This document shows positions 1-12,486 of a DNA stretch of 64,000 nt, in pieces (positions within the stretch are counted from its first letter, which is position 1; every line of letters starts with the position of its first letter). The notes below the pieces were generated by a model. The model had not been told where the DNA came from and did not search any database. It saw nothing but the letters and a program-made list of their open reading frames with translations. Source of the stretch: Octopus sinensis (Eukaryota); contig NC_043004.1 in the NCBI RefSeq assembly GCF_006345805.1, positions 50,220,001 to 50,284,000 on the forward strand, in the 5' to 3' direction. The position numbers and the translations under genes are program-made.

Positions 1-1
1 T

Positions 2-823
2 CCTTTTTGTCTAGCTAGAAGGATTTGCACCATAATATCAGACACAAACACCCGACACACACGTCTCCAGGAACTTAGAACCACACTCACAAAAAGAAAC
101 TATCCACAGCCCCTAATAGACAGTGCAATCCAACGGGCGCTTAAATTAAGTATAGAAGACCTGAGACAAACAAAACCAAAAAAGAAAGAACAATTAAAAA
201 CCCTTCCCTACATCTCTACACACAACCCACTTAACAATGAGGCCTTCAGCACCATACTACAAAGCACAGCCCTACTAAAGGGAGACCCAAAGATGAACCG
301 GATTCTCGAAACACACACCATCATTAAAAGTAAACGGCAACCAAAATCCTTAAAAAGGATTTTAACCCAAGCTAAACTGCACCCAACATCAACCACAAAA
401 CCAGCAGTTAGAAAATGTGGAAGGCCCAACTGCGGAATCTGTGTCATCTTAGTAGAAGGTTCATAATTTATACTAGAACAAGGCCATCAGTTCACCATTA
501 GAACAAACTTCACCTGTGCATCAGAAAACTTAATTTACGTCTTAACATGCGCAGGCTGCAATAGGCAATATATAGGCCATACAAAAAATAGCTTACGTAA
601 CAGGATGGTGGTGCATAAATCACAAATTAGAAACCCTGAATACCGGAAAATACCGGTAAGCGGACACATAGATAGATGCGCTGCAAATGAAAATCCGAAA
701 TTTACAACTTACCCACTTTACAAATTCAGTGACAGCGTAACCTTCACGCAACACCAAAATAAAGAACTTTATTTCATCAAAAAATTTAGACCAAGTTTGA
801 ACACCCTGGGCCAGGAATATTAA
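2..823 (+). mobile_element. Penelope-like retroelement (Neptune-type) 3' ORF: RT thumb/linker, Cys-rich motif and GIY-YIG endonuclease; pseudogenised; runs off left edge
   Basis: Frame starting at nt 2 reads ...LARRICTIISD...NYPQPLI...KCGRPNCGIC...TCASENLIYVLTCAGCNRQYIGHTKNSLRNRMVVH...ELYFIKKFRPSLN. This has IYV/YIG (GIY-YIG), the catalytic R/E/N residues and a CxxxxCxxC linker. One in-frame TAA at 464-466. Confidence 0.85.
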
Positions 824-1068
824 AACAAAACATTGGTCTTCCGAAAAAGAAAAAACGAAACTCTACCACAACCACTACGACTGCTCCCACTAACACTACC
901 ACTACTACAACCACCGTGGTCACTGTTACTACGGCCACAGTGAGAGAATTAAAATAGTGGAGGTGGGGGTAATTACAATTTCTCAGATCCTTAAACAGTC
1001 ACTCCCGCTGGCAGTGGTATGGCTTAGGGAAGGAAAAATTTATAAAAAGAATTTTTTTCTCTGCGAAC

Positions 1069-1665
1069 AGATCTGATTTTGATTAGTCAAAAAATTGATG
1101 ACGTTTTACCCCAGTGGTCAAGCTTGTCGCCATGCTTGATTGGTTTCCCTACAAGATACAGTTATGGGTCAGGTCTAATTCTGATTCGTTAAAAAATTGA
1201 TGACGTTTTTCTTCCGTGGTCAAACTAACCAGGATACAATTATGGGTCAGATCTGACTTTGATTCGCTAAAAAATTGATGACGTTTTTCTTCCGTGGTCA
1301 AACTAGCCACCTAACAGGATACAATTATGGGTCAGATCTGACTTTGATTCGCTAAAAAATTGATGACGTTTTTCTTCCGTGGTCAAACTAGCCACCTAAC
1401 AGGATACAATTATGGGTCAGATCTGAGTTTGATTCGTTAAAAAATTGATGACGTTTTTCTTCCGTGGTCAAACTAACCAGGATACAATTATGGGTCAGAT
1501 CTGACTTTGATTCGCTAAAAAATTGATGACGTTTTTCTTCCGTGGTCAAACTAACCAGGATACAATTATGGGTCAGATCTAATTTTGATCCGCTAAAAAA
1601 TTGATGACGTTTTTCTTCCGTGGTCAAACTTGTCGTTCTGCTTGGCTGGTTTCCTAAACAGGATA
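1069..1665 (+). repeat. Minisatellite, 7 copies of a 78/85-bp unit in the PLE 3'/pseudo-LTR region
   Basis: TGATGACGTTT recurs at 1096, 1198, 1276, 1361, 1446, 1524 and 1602 (periods 102, 78, 85, 85, 78, 78). Confidence 0.95.
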
Positions 1666-1918
1666 CAGTTGGGGGTCTTTTACTTATAATCGTTGAAGCT
1701 TGGCTTTGATTGGTTTGGAATTATATGACGTCAGTAAACAGTGCCACAACTTAACTGATATAAACACAACAATCACAAGGTTACCAAAATTACGCTAACA
1801 GTCGTCAACCAAGAATCACTACTGTTGCTCCCATCGGATCACTAGGTAAATCTATAATGAACTCCTGCACTACAGTAAGGAACGACTTACACCTTATAAT
1901 ATTTTTTTGCCTTTCAAG

Positions 1919-2066
1919 AACATGGATTCTATTGATTGTATATAGCATGGACTCTATTGAATGTATGTAACAATTATGAACTGTTCCATTATACTTTTTA
2001 TGTATAGTAGCATGGACTCTATTGAATGTATGAAACAATTATGAACTATTTCATTATACTCTTTAT
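1919..2066 (+). repeat. 65-bp tandem repeat (2 full copies plus 1 partial)
   Basis: CATGGA(C/T)TCTATTGA at 1921, 1946 and 2011; the last two continue as near-identical units. Confidence 0.85.
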
Positions 2067-2079
2067 TATAAAAAAATTC

Positions 2080-2122
2080 TTTTTGATAAGGTTCGTTATT
2101 TCAAGAACCGAAACATGTAAAA
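2080..2122 (+). ncRNA. Minimal type-I hammerhead ribozyme motif with U3-A8 core variant
   Basis: TTT-TTGATAA(2083-2089)-GGTTC-10-nt loop-GAACC-GAAAC-AT-GTA(2117-2119)-AAA. Perfect 5-bp stem II, palindromic stem III (ACATGT), weak 3-bp stem I. Confidence 0.65.
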
Positions 2123-2212
2123 ATTAAAATTTATCTAATATAGTGGCATTTCAAACTTCTTTTTTACAAAATATATATATATATATATTATATATATATA
2201 TATATATACATC

Positions 2213-2247
<35 letters not shown>

Positions 2248-2397
2248 ATACAATATATGTATATATATATATGCATCTATATCATATATATAGACCGGAG
2301 TAAACACATAAATGTGAAACAAGGTGGAAAAAGAGTACTCAAATACCAGTGGTATAGTAATATGCTTTATTTTAAGCAGCAGAAAATTCAACAAAAT

Positions 2398-2434
2398 CTG
2401 TTACTCTGAGTTTCTCGTTGCCGTCATCAGACAG
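2398..2434 (-). ncRNA. Minimal hammerhead-like motif (non-canonical stem II)
   Basis: Minus strand reads CUGU-CUGAUGA-CG-GCAA-CG-A-GAAAC-UCAGA-GUA-ACAG; stem I CUGU/ACAG. Confidence 0.55.
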
Positions 2435-3458
2435 TTTTTGCTAGAATGGAACTTATATATTAATTCAATCTATACTCTTACAAACGCTACACCTTTAAAA
2501 AGAAATGGACTTGTTTGATTGGCCCTTTAGAAAAAACGGTCAATCTTCGAGCGATAAACAAAAGGTCAAAAATATATGTATATATATATAAAAAACTTAT
2601 AAAAATTATAAAATCCGAGAAAAAACCGAGGAAAAAAACCTATTGCCGTTAATGAAGACAGTACAAATTAATGCATAGAAATTAAACCTGTTATAAATAA
2701 CTGCAATACATATTTATATTAAAATCTACATATATATATCACTATCACAAAAGAATGCGCGTAAACGCCATACATACATACAGACGTATGAATATGAATC
2801 TAAATATACACATAAAAGCATGTGTACATATATTCACGCAAACCGTCTCGCACGCAAGCTAAAATTCATCTATGTAGCAATTCTCATATACTGAGCAAGG
2901 AGGGGGAACGAGAGAAGGGAAAGAGAGAAAAAAGAACGAAGGAGGGGTGGGGAAAAAACTTGTAACGATGTTATTGGCATCTATAGAGGCCAGTATACAT
3001 ACACAAGTTTGAATTGATACATATACATCCGTCGTGTATATGTGCTTAAGCACAAGCATACTTTCACTTACACATACACAGATACGCATGCTTACAATAC
3101 ATATGCTTTGCTATACACATACATATATAACATTCTAATTTTGACAACATTGCTTTTTTTAAAAAAAAACAAAAAAAAAAACAATTGCTTTTAAAAAATG
3201 GGTGCATTAATAAAAAATATATACGAAAGACATATAAAATAAAATATAACATCCTATTTTGGGTCATTATAAATAATCAGGGTATATAAATAATCAAGGT
3301 AATCCTATGCAATACAATAACATGAAAACAAAGTTTGTAGGTTTTCCTAATATATATGTAGAAACATAAGACTTTGCTATAAATCCGTCGTAGCGCTCAA
3401 GAGTCAAAATCAAAATCAAAAATCAAAAATCAAAAATCAAAAATACAAAATATATACT

Positions 3459-3790
3459 CTATCCATATGGTATATTTATATTCGACATTTTAAATTTAGC
3501 CGCGTGCCTACATAAGTTCATTAACTCACTTCTTTGATTCAAAGAATTATTGTCTTTGAATAAGATGTGCATTTTCTCTAATAGGCAAAGTCTGCACTTG
3601 AAATTATATTTGTAAGCTCCATGCCTGTATGGTGCCGCCCTGTCCAGAATGCTCCATGTCACGTTGAAAGGTGGGGCTTCCTTTTCTTTTAGTTCCCAGA
3701 CATATTTTGCTAGGCTGGTTTTCTTCCTATTCTCTGGGTATTTAAAAGAATTCTTATGAGAATAAAATCTTGTTTTAAATGAATTTTCTG
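3459..3790 (-). pseudogene. PLE GIY-YIG endonuclease C-terminal fragment
   Basis: SENSFKTRFYSHKNSF...SLAKYVWELKE...WSILDRA...KCRLCLLEKMHIL...LNQRSELMNLCRH. The N-terminal part of the ORF-track protein is spurious read-through from the inverted LTR. Confidence 0.8.
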
Positions 3791-4520
3791 AAGCAATGTT
3801 GTCAAAATTAGAATGTTTATATATGTATGTGTATAGCAAAGCATATGTATTTGTAAGCATGCGTATCTGTGTATGTGTAAGTGAAAGTATGCTTGTGCTT
3901 AAGCACACATATACACGACGGTATGTATATGTATCAATTCAAACTTGTGTATGTATACTGGCCTCTATAGATGCCAATAACATCGTTACAAGTTTTTTCC
4001 CCACCCCTCCTTCGTTCCTTTTTCTCTCTTTCCCTTTCTCTCGTTCCCCCTCCTTGCTCAGTATATGAGAATTGCTACATAGATGAATTTTAGCTTGCGT
4101 GCGAGACGGTTTGCGTGAATATATGTATACATGCTTTTATGTGTATATTTAGATTCATATTCATACGTCTGTATATGTATGTATGGCGTTTACGCGCATC
4201 CTTTTGTGTATGTTGATATATATATGTAGATTTTAATATAATATGTATTGCAGTATTTATAACAGGTTTAATTTCTATGCATTAATTTGTACTGTCTTCA
4301 TTAACGGCAATAGTTTTTTTCCTCGGTTTTTTCCTCGGATTTTATAATTTTTATAAGTTTTTTTATATATATATACATATATTTTTGACCTTTTTGTTTA
4401 TCGCTCGAAGATTGACCGTTTTTTCTAAAGGACCAATCAAACAAGTCCATTTCTTTTTAAAGGTGTAGCGTTTGTAAGAGTATAGATTGAATTAATATAT
4501 AAGTTCCATTCTAGCAAAAA

Positions 4521-4558
4521 CTGTCTGATGAACGGCAACGAGAAACTCAGAGTAACAG
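4521..4558 (+). ncRNA. Minimal hammerhead-like motif (second, inverted copy)
   Basis: CTGT-CTGATGA-A-CG-GCAA-CG-A-GAAAC-TCAGA-GTA-ACAG; one extra A relative to the 2398-2434 copy. Confidence 0.5.
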
Positions 4559-4590
4559 ATTTTGTTGAATTTTCTGCTGCTTAAAATAAA

Positions 4591-4700
<110 letters not shown>

Positions 4701-4704
4701 TTTA

Positions 4705-5420
4705 ATTTCAAGAAAGTTAGAGGTTGTGAATCTAACCAACTAAGGGATAATATCTATCCAATATACTGCTAGTAGAATACCCGATTATTAATACACAAGT
4801 ATTTTTTATTGCATTACCTAGTGTACTAAATGGGTGAAGGTAAAGAGATATTTTACCATTAATTTATAGAACAATTTGAAAATGGAGGGGATCAATAGGT
4901 GGTTCATCAACTTTTAGACATTATATTATGTCAACTTATTTATTTACTAAAATGACAATCACAAGAATATACATACATGTATAACATATTATGCTTTACA
5001 TATAAGATATAAAATATATTAATATATAAAGATACCAGTAATTATTACAATATAACATACATGAATATAAATTGGGAAGATAACTTACAGCTGTTTCAGC
5101 CAAGAGGCAAAAATACCTCATTCTACTTTTATTACTCAAGTATACTGAAGTAATAAGTAGATGAAATTGAGGTACTTGGGTGTTTCTCTAAGCTTCGTCG
5201 GAGATTTTATAAAGTACATAAGGTTAAGTTATAAATAAATATAAATATAAATAAATAAAAATACACACACATTTAAATATATATATAATATATATATAAT
5301 ATATAATATATATAAATATGTATATGTATATATACATATACATACATATATAAATATGCATAAATATATATATATACTTAAATGTTCATACATATTTACA
5401 TTTATAAGCATACACAATAA
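4705..5420 (-). mobile_element. ORF-less pseudo-LTR/retrozyme-like element, related to the 59.9-62.3 kb units
   Basis: Shares CTAGCAGTATATTGGATA, CTCCATTTTC and the GAAACAGCTGTAAG hammerhead half with the 60-62 kb units; abuts (TA)n. Confidence 0.65.
5082..5205 (-). ncRNA. Type-I hammerhead motif with long loop II (core CCGACGA)
   Basis: Minus strand reads AUCU-CCGACGA-AGCU(UAGAG)...(CUCUU)GGCU-GAAAC-AGCU-GUA-AGUU. Confidence 0.65.
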
Positions 5421-5427
5421 TCAATTA

Positions 5428-6075
5428 TCCCTATATATATAAAACTGAGAATGTGTGTCTGTTTGTCTGTCTGTGTGTTTCTCTAAAGCTTGAGAACTAC
5501 ACAACCAATTTTATTCAAATTTTACACATCCCTTACTTAGGGTCCGGGGAGTATCATCGGCAAAAAAATTTTAACTTTTTGCCTAGAGCGAGCCCACAGC
5601 AATATCATATCTTCTCCACTATGATTCCCTAAAACTTGAGAACTACACAACCAATTTCATTCAAGTTTTACACATGCCTTACTTAGGCCCCATGTAGTTT
5701 CATGGGCAAAAGAAAATGTTCAACTTCTTTCCTAGGGCGAACCCATAGCAATATCCTTTCTTCTCCACTATTTCAGTATTACGTGTTAAAAGTGAAACAA
5801 AACCATTTCTCTATTTTATGTCAGATACTTTCACTTTAACAATAAACATTAGAAATAATAATAACAATTGAATTATATGTAGTAAGTAATAATTAAAATC
5901 AAGCTAAAGTATAATATAATAATTAAATCGTAACATAGTTACAAGTAAAAATAGCATTTGGTATAAAATTGCATGAATGACATGAACTTGAATAAGTGGT
6001 TTCACATGAATGGGAATAAATCAAAAATTAAATTAGTGTGCAGAAATGGAATAGTCCAGATGGAGCTGTGCACAT
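5428..6075 (+). mobile_element. Non-autonomous Helitron-like element (5' portion)
   Basis: A|TC start followed by CCTATATATATAAAA, similar to the 44093 Helitron start; internal duplicated CTTGAGAACTACACAACCAATT block. 3' end not clearly identified. Confidence 0.45.
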
Positions 6076-6486
6076 ACCCTTTACCACGGCTTTTACATTA
6101 GATTATCTGCTAATTAGCTAGCATTAAGTATCTATATGAAGTTTGGCTGTATGTAATGTCTGTTATCTCGAACAGCCGCTTCTACTGAGTACTGCTGTTG
6201 GTTTATTTCTTATACATAAAGGACTATAGCTTCAAGTGCGTACTGCTTTTTGATTTACCGTAAGGTCTGCTGTTGTTATTATTATTACTGTTTAACTATT
6301 GTTATCACGTTTGTTGGTTCCTCGTAAGGGAAACGTTGTTGTGTTGCATTTGTTAAATAATTGTAAACCGTAACCCTCCCCCTTTGGGTGAAGGAGCTTT
6401 GGTTATTGTTTAAAAATTGAATTGTGTCCCTGTTTGGGGAAATTGACAATATTTTCACCGTTTATACGGAAGCATTTTTGTTAGAA

Positions 6487-6985
6487 TGCCTTCGATAGAA
6501 GAAAGTCCAAAAATGAATTTCGCTGCAGTCGTCGGCGGGTGCGAACTCATTAAAATTAAAATGGAAGAAATACAAACCTATTTCGGATTGATCACCGACA
6601 AAGACGGTGAATCTAGGATAACACCACCAAACGAAATAAAAAATTAAATTAAAGAAAAGACTATTGTCTATAAATTATACAATGTAGAGAAAAAAAAGAT
6701 TTGAACACCTTCGAAAAGTGTCTTGGTGCGACTATGAAAGATATCTAACCAGAGCGGTAAATTCGCCACAATAGAAGCAAGGTTCGAGTCAACGGAGCGT
6801 GCAAGGGAGTACTCGACTCGAACTTTGCAAAGTGGAAATATTTTATTTTTACCTTTATATCTGGGACGTAGGACGTCCCGGATAAAAATTAAAAATTTCC
6901 CCCAGAAGTAGAAGTAGGCTGGATTGTAGCCACACTTCCACACAAGAAGAAGGAAAAGATACAATTGATCGAAATTGCAAGAGAC
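6487..6985 (+). pseudogene. Decayed ORF1-like fragment of a non-LTR retrotransposon
   Basis: Broken frames read MPSIEESPKMNFAAVV... and FATIEARFESTERAREYSTRTL...LPLYLGRRTSRIKIKNFPPEVEVGWIVATL, which resembles the N-terminus of a LINE ORF1; several stops and frameshifts. Confidence 0.4.
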
Positions 6986-8599
6986 GGGCCTACAATTCTA
7001 GTCTGTTATATATTTTGAGCATTGTTATCACTAGCGATATCAATATATAACTTTGTATTTTGTATTTTATGTGTAGATGTATATATATAGATGTACATGT
7101 AATATGTACACATATTAATATCATATTTACGATTATAAGTATTATCATATATGGTATATGCATGTATACACATATATACATGCACTAGCACTATGACCCG
7201 TCAATGCTAGTCATTAATATTATTAATACTAGATGCATTCTATTATTTATATTAGATATAATATAGAATATAAAATATAAACAGAGATTTTTGAAAGTTA
7301 TAAGAATAGTAATTTTGCAATCAATATATCTTAAAGTTATTACAGTTATGTCAGAACGAAACTGTATACACATGAGGAACGTATATATGCATATGCACAC
7401 ATACACACACGCACAAATATATATATATACGTATATTTTTCCATTCAAACATATTTATATGTACATACGTATTATATGTTTTGGAATGTAGGATCAGTGT
7501 ATTAGTTTGTATTGTTATAATTATAAATATAATTATAACAATAATACGTTGACTAATTTATATTTACCTATAGAAACGTGGTATGCTTATTACTTGGTAA
7601 ATTATTTCTTTTTGCAGTAATCTTGCGGGGAGTGGGGGAGATTATTTTATTCATTTACTTAATCTAATTGGTCATCAATTTTTTTTGTTAATTTTTTATG
7701 TTAATTGAAAATGAATATCTGCTCTACTGCCCCTCTTGAGGTCACAGATATTTTGATGTAACTTTTTTCTAGTGGACCAAATCCCAAACTATTTATGAGC
7801 TGAACAGGTGTCCCCTTTAAAACTATTAACAGTTTGCAATTTAGTTGAGAACTGAATTAGTGGTGAAGCTTGGAAGCTGCTGCGATTGACGAAACGGTGG
7901 ACTTAAGAATATATTGAACCACTACCGTAGTTGAATGATATACATATGTATATTAATTTTACTTTAATGTATAAATTTTTATAGCATTTTGACTACCTGA
8001 TAAAAATCATTAACGTGATTTTTATCGTTATATTCTATATATATGTATATGTATTCTCCCCTTCGCCGTTTTCTATATGTCTCTCTCTCTCTCTCCCTCT
8101 TTCTCCTTTACTCTCTCTCTCTCTCTCTTGTTGCTCTCACGTGACTACCGTCCATCTTTCTTTTCCTCGCGTGATCATCTTTCTTTTCTTTCAGGACTGT
8201 CCTAAGGACTGGACGTATCCTATCTCTCTCTTTTATCTTTTCGCTTGTCAAAGAAAATATTTCTCCAGCGTTCTCTATTTTACCCTCGTTCTGGTCTAAT
8301 GACCCTCCATATTTGTTTTCGTTCGGTTTCCTTATATGTCTCCACTGTCCTGTTTTTGTTCCCAACTTTGACCTTCTATAAATCCCATATTTGATTTTGG
8401 TATTTATGGGAGCAACTGTCTTCGAAGACTCATATAGTCGTTCAGTGCTCGAAATGAGGAGTAGATAGACAGCCGACAACTGATGAAGGGTCGTTCTTTG
8501 TGTTACTTGTCCTGTTTTCCATTTGTTTCTCTCGTTGTTTGCGTATTGAATTCATTTGTTTTCAGATTTCCTGTTGTTTGTTTACTGTTGGTGACGTCC

Positions 8600-8633
8600 T
8601 GTATCCATATATGCATATGTATGTGTATGTATG

Positions 8634-8677
<44 letters not shown>

Positions 8678-8801
8678 TATATATATATATATATAATATA
8701 TATATATATATTATTTACATTATATATATATATGCATATATATATATATATTATATATATATTAATCATATATATATATATATACATATATATACATACA
8801 T

Positions 8802-8847
<46 letters not shown>

Positions 8848-8858
8848 TATATATATAT

Positions 8859-8903
<45 letters not shown>

Positions 8904-8905
8904 AA
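8600..8905. repeat. Compound (TA)n/(TACA)n microsatellite
   Basis: Directly visible; the source of the spurious YI-repeat ORFs. Confidence 0.95.
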
Positions 8906-8948
8906 AACGGAAGTGGGGGGTGTATTTCCACGCAGGAAAAAATACAAC

Positions 8949-9686
8949 CAAATTTGTTGTTGAAAACGCATCTAAATTTGAAAAACTTGTAATTGTTTAA
9001 AATAAATTTATTTACATATATACCAAATTAGTTTCAACAATATTTTTTGTTTATCAATGGTAAAACCAACCGGAACGACTGTTGACCGTTCACCACAGGG
9101 AAGCCAACCAGGCAGTACGAATAACTTGACCACCGGAAAAACAAGACGTCACCAGTACTTTAACGAATCAAAAATCAGATCCGCTCGCGGAAAAAATTAT
9201 AAATACACCGGATCCAAAACACACCGTTACAAGCGAAAGTTCCTACACACGACAGAAAGAGGATCGGAGAAATTGTAAACCAAACCCCTTTTTTACTATC
9301 TTCATTTCTCCCTTGTTTTTCCCCTCTAAACGCAGTATGACTGAAACTTTGATGATATTCATTTCTTGTCGATGACAACTAACTTTAATGAGCTTTATAC
9401 ATTCAAGCAAATTCATGTACAGTTTTAATATTAGTGACTGTTATCAACATTTAAACTTGTCAACATCGAAATTTTTAAACATGCTTTTCTAATTCATAAT
9501 TCTAAATTTGTTTGTTATGAACATTTAAACTTGTCAGCATTGAAACTTTTATAGATGTTTTTTTTTAATTTATAATTCTAAATGTTTACCATTAATAAAC
9601 AAAAAATATTTGGTATATGTGTAAATAAATTTATTTTAACAATTACAAGTTTTTCCAACTTAGGTGCTTTTTCAACAACAAATTTG
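8949..9686. mobile_element. MITE/fold-back-like element with about 115-bp imperfect inverted arms, containing a PLE pseudo-LTR fragment
   Basis: Arms about 8949-9064 and 9585-9686 (CAAATTTGTTGTTGAAAA...). The interval 9065-9330 on the minus strand resembles one unit of the 1.07-1.66 kb minisatellite. Confidence 0.6.
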
Positions 9687-9919
9687 CCAATATTTATAGA
9701 CAGACAGATAGATCGATAGATACAGATATAGATATATGTATATATGTGTGCTTGTGTTTGTGTGTGTGTATATATATGTATACGCGCGCACGCACATACA
9801 TATATAAAGCCAAACAGGGCAAATTGTTAAGAAAATATAATGACATGCGATTTAAATTTTAAATCCCTCTACATAAACGTGTGTCGCTGTGTATATGTGT
9901 GTATACATACATATATATA

Positions 9920-10808
9920 CAGGGTACGGTGAATATATTGTCCTTTAAATTACGCAAAATTGAAAATAACACTGACATCTCATTTAAACAGATATATTTA
10001 CCAAAATGACATTAAAATATCTTGAAATACTAAAGAGTAAATTTATTCAATAAAATTGCCATTGGCTTCAACCATGGCCTCCAGACCACTTCCGAATTTC
10101 CTGAACTTTTCTGGACGGTCTCCTAGTTTAAGTTGTTGAGTGCTGCCACAATCCTTGCGTTCAGTTCATCTATAGTGTCATAAGGTGTTTCGTTGGTCTC
10201 TCGCTCAACTGTGCCCCACACATAATAATAAAGGGGGTTGCAGTCTAGGGAGTTAGGTGGCCAGATGTTTGGAGTAATGTGGTTGCAGAAATTGTCTGAC
10301 AGCTTTGACTGGGTTCTCCTACTTGTGTGGCATAGTGCAGAGTTCTGTTGCCAGACACAGGGTCTTCCAGAGCCGCCCTCTTGACCCAGGGCAGCACTAC
10401 CTCCTCCAGGCACTTGATGTAGACCTCCGTGTTAAGTATGAGATCGTGTGGGAAGATGAATGGGGGCATAACTTAGCCATCACTAGTGATCACTCCAAAC
10501 ACCATGATGTTGATTAAATGTTTGATTTTTATCACTCTGCATACATGTCCTCAGATTGCACTGTCGTCAGATTGACACCCAAACACACTGAAATGTTTGT
10601 ACTGGAGCTTCTGGCGCGAATGCCAAGCAGTACATCATTCCGTTTCCAAATTTCTGGTAGGGTGAATTGCATCATGGTGCTGTTTTCCACAGACGGTGTC
10701 CAGCTGAGCCTACTATAGTGTGTAGTCGACAATATCAAAAACAAACAATGCGCATGCGCGAAATTAAATATATAAAATGGCGATAATTTACCCGTCGTAC
10801 CCTCCGTG
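9920..10808 (-). mobile_element. Tc1/mariner DD37D (maT-type) transposon relic, internally deleted
   Basis: TA-flanked imperfect TIRs (CAGGGTACG.../...CGTACCCTCCG). Transposase fragments MPPFIFP...VLPWV and WQQ(N)SALCHTS...WPPNSLDCNPL(Y)YYVWG, with 37 residues between the degenerate 2nd and 3rd Asp positions. Confidence 0.8.
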
Positions 10809-10817
10809 TATGTGTAT

Positions 10818-10864
<47 letters not shown>

Positions 10865-10914
10865 GCTAAGTACTTATAATATGCAAATTAGTAACGCCAG
10901 TTCTCTGAAGCCAC

Positions 10915-10948
<34 letters not shown>

Positions 10949-10979
10949 GCGTTGTAAAACTATAAAGAAATTTTCCAAA

Positions 10980-12434
10980 CTAACTCTAAAGTTAGACTAA
11001 TATGCCCCAGAAAAACTGACATAGATATATTAAGTAAGAATATCTTAGATAAATACATACCTATACTTGAGAAAAAGATTAAATTAAAACTTTGGCCAAA
11101 TACTCAAGAACTAATAGGCTGGTTCAACAGTATTGTTAAGAAATATAAATTTAATTTTTGCAAGTGGATATTGACAACTATTATTCCTCTATCAATTCTC
11201 TTATTTTCGCTAAAAATTTCACTAACTTATATATGAAAGAAATTGATGTTATTTTCACAGCCAGAAAATCAGTAATTAAGTTCCATAATAAATATTGGGT
11301 TACAAAGGTTTCCTATAATTCACTTGACATAACCATAGGGTCCGCAGATTCCGCCCAGGTAACAGACCTAGTAGGTATATACATTCTATATGACTTAATG
11401 AATTTCCTGAAATTACGGGCGGATTATACAGGGATGATGCGCTGTTTCTAATTAAAAACCAATCAAATAGGAAATTGAAAATATATAAGAAAAAATTGCA
11501 TAATTTTTTTTAATTATGGTGTTTCAATCTCTATTGAAAAACAAAATAACTCGGTCAATTTTCGGAATATTAACTTTAATCTTGCAACTGGTAGATATGA
11601 ACTGTATCATAAGCCTAACACGAATCTAAGATATATTGATAATCTAAGTAATAATCCAAAATCAATTTAAAAAAACATTAATTAAAAACATAGAAAAAAG
11701 ACTAACTTATCTTTCCTATAATGAAGAGATCTATAAAAATGCTAATTTCTATAATAATGCACTTGAAAAAGCAGGATATAAGCATAAAATATAATATCAT
11801 AGACCCAATGAATACATACTTAATGAAAATAGCGAAGATAAAATAGAGAGTAACCCAAATATAACATATAATGAATGGTCTGAAGCTGCAAATAATAATA
11901 AAATAAAGAAAACAAAGTATAGATAGAAAGATAAAAAATGATTATATAAACCCTACGATAAATGGCCAGAGCTTTAAAAATATGAATAATAATAAAAAGA
12001 TTGTAAAGATAAATATTAAAGTTGATTCTAAACTCGTGAAACCTGATTTAATAAAACGAAAATTAATAGCATTAATAACATATATGATAATACTTATAAT
12101 CGTAAATATGATATTAATAAAAAAAAAGATATACTCCTTACATAAATTCTGATAAATCTAATATTGATTATATTTGTCCAAATAAAACCAATAATTTGTG
12201 GTTTATACCCTTTGAAAGTCAAATCAAAAGTAACATAATTAAATCCATTTATCGATTAATTCATAAACATTTAAACAAGGATAATAAGTATAGGGAAATT
12301 ATTAATTCTAAATCTATAAGAGTTGGTCATTCCTTGTCAATGAATCTTTTTAGAATTACATCCTCAATCAATAATAGAAAATTAGATATTTTTTGTAAAA
12401 ATCGAAATTCAAGTAAAAATGATTTTAATGCTCC

Positions 12435-12436
<2 letters not shown>
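10980..12436 (+). pseudogene. Decayed Penelope-like reverse transcriptase fragment
   Basis: Fragments read KVRLICPRKTDI..SKNILD..WPNTQELIGWF, QVDIDNYYSSI, ARKS..WVTK..DITIGSAD..LVGIYIL, (G)LYRDDAL, YHKPNT..YI..SNNP and WFIPF..KSNI..LIHKHL. Many frameshifts; flanked by (TA)n on both sides. Confidence 0.8.

Positions 12437-12486
<50 letters not shown>

Noticed and set aside
1069-1665. Regularly spaced repeats resembling a CRISPR array
   Set aside because: The units are contiguous with no unique spacers, there are no cas genes, and the context is eukaryotic; it is a minisatellite.
8440-8500. CTGATGA at 8480 with an upstream GAAA as a possible hammerhead
   Set aside because: I could not build stems I and II in any topology.
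8483-8971. ORFs of 69-125 aa rich in YI/IY repeats (likewise at 13.6-14.2, 15.5-16.2, 19.9-20.4, 45.3-45.8 and 59.6-62.6 kb)
   Set aside because: They are translations of (TA)n, (CA)n and (GATA)n microsatellites, which lack stop codons in some frames.
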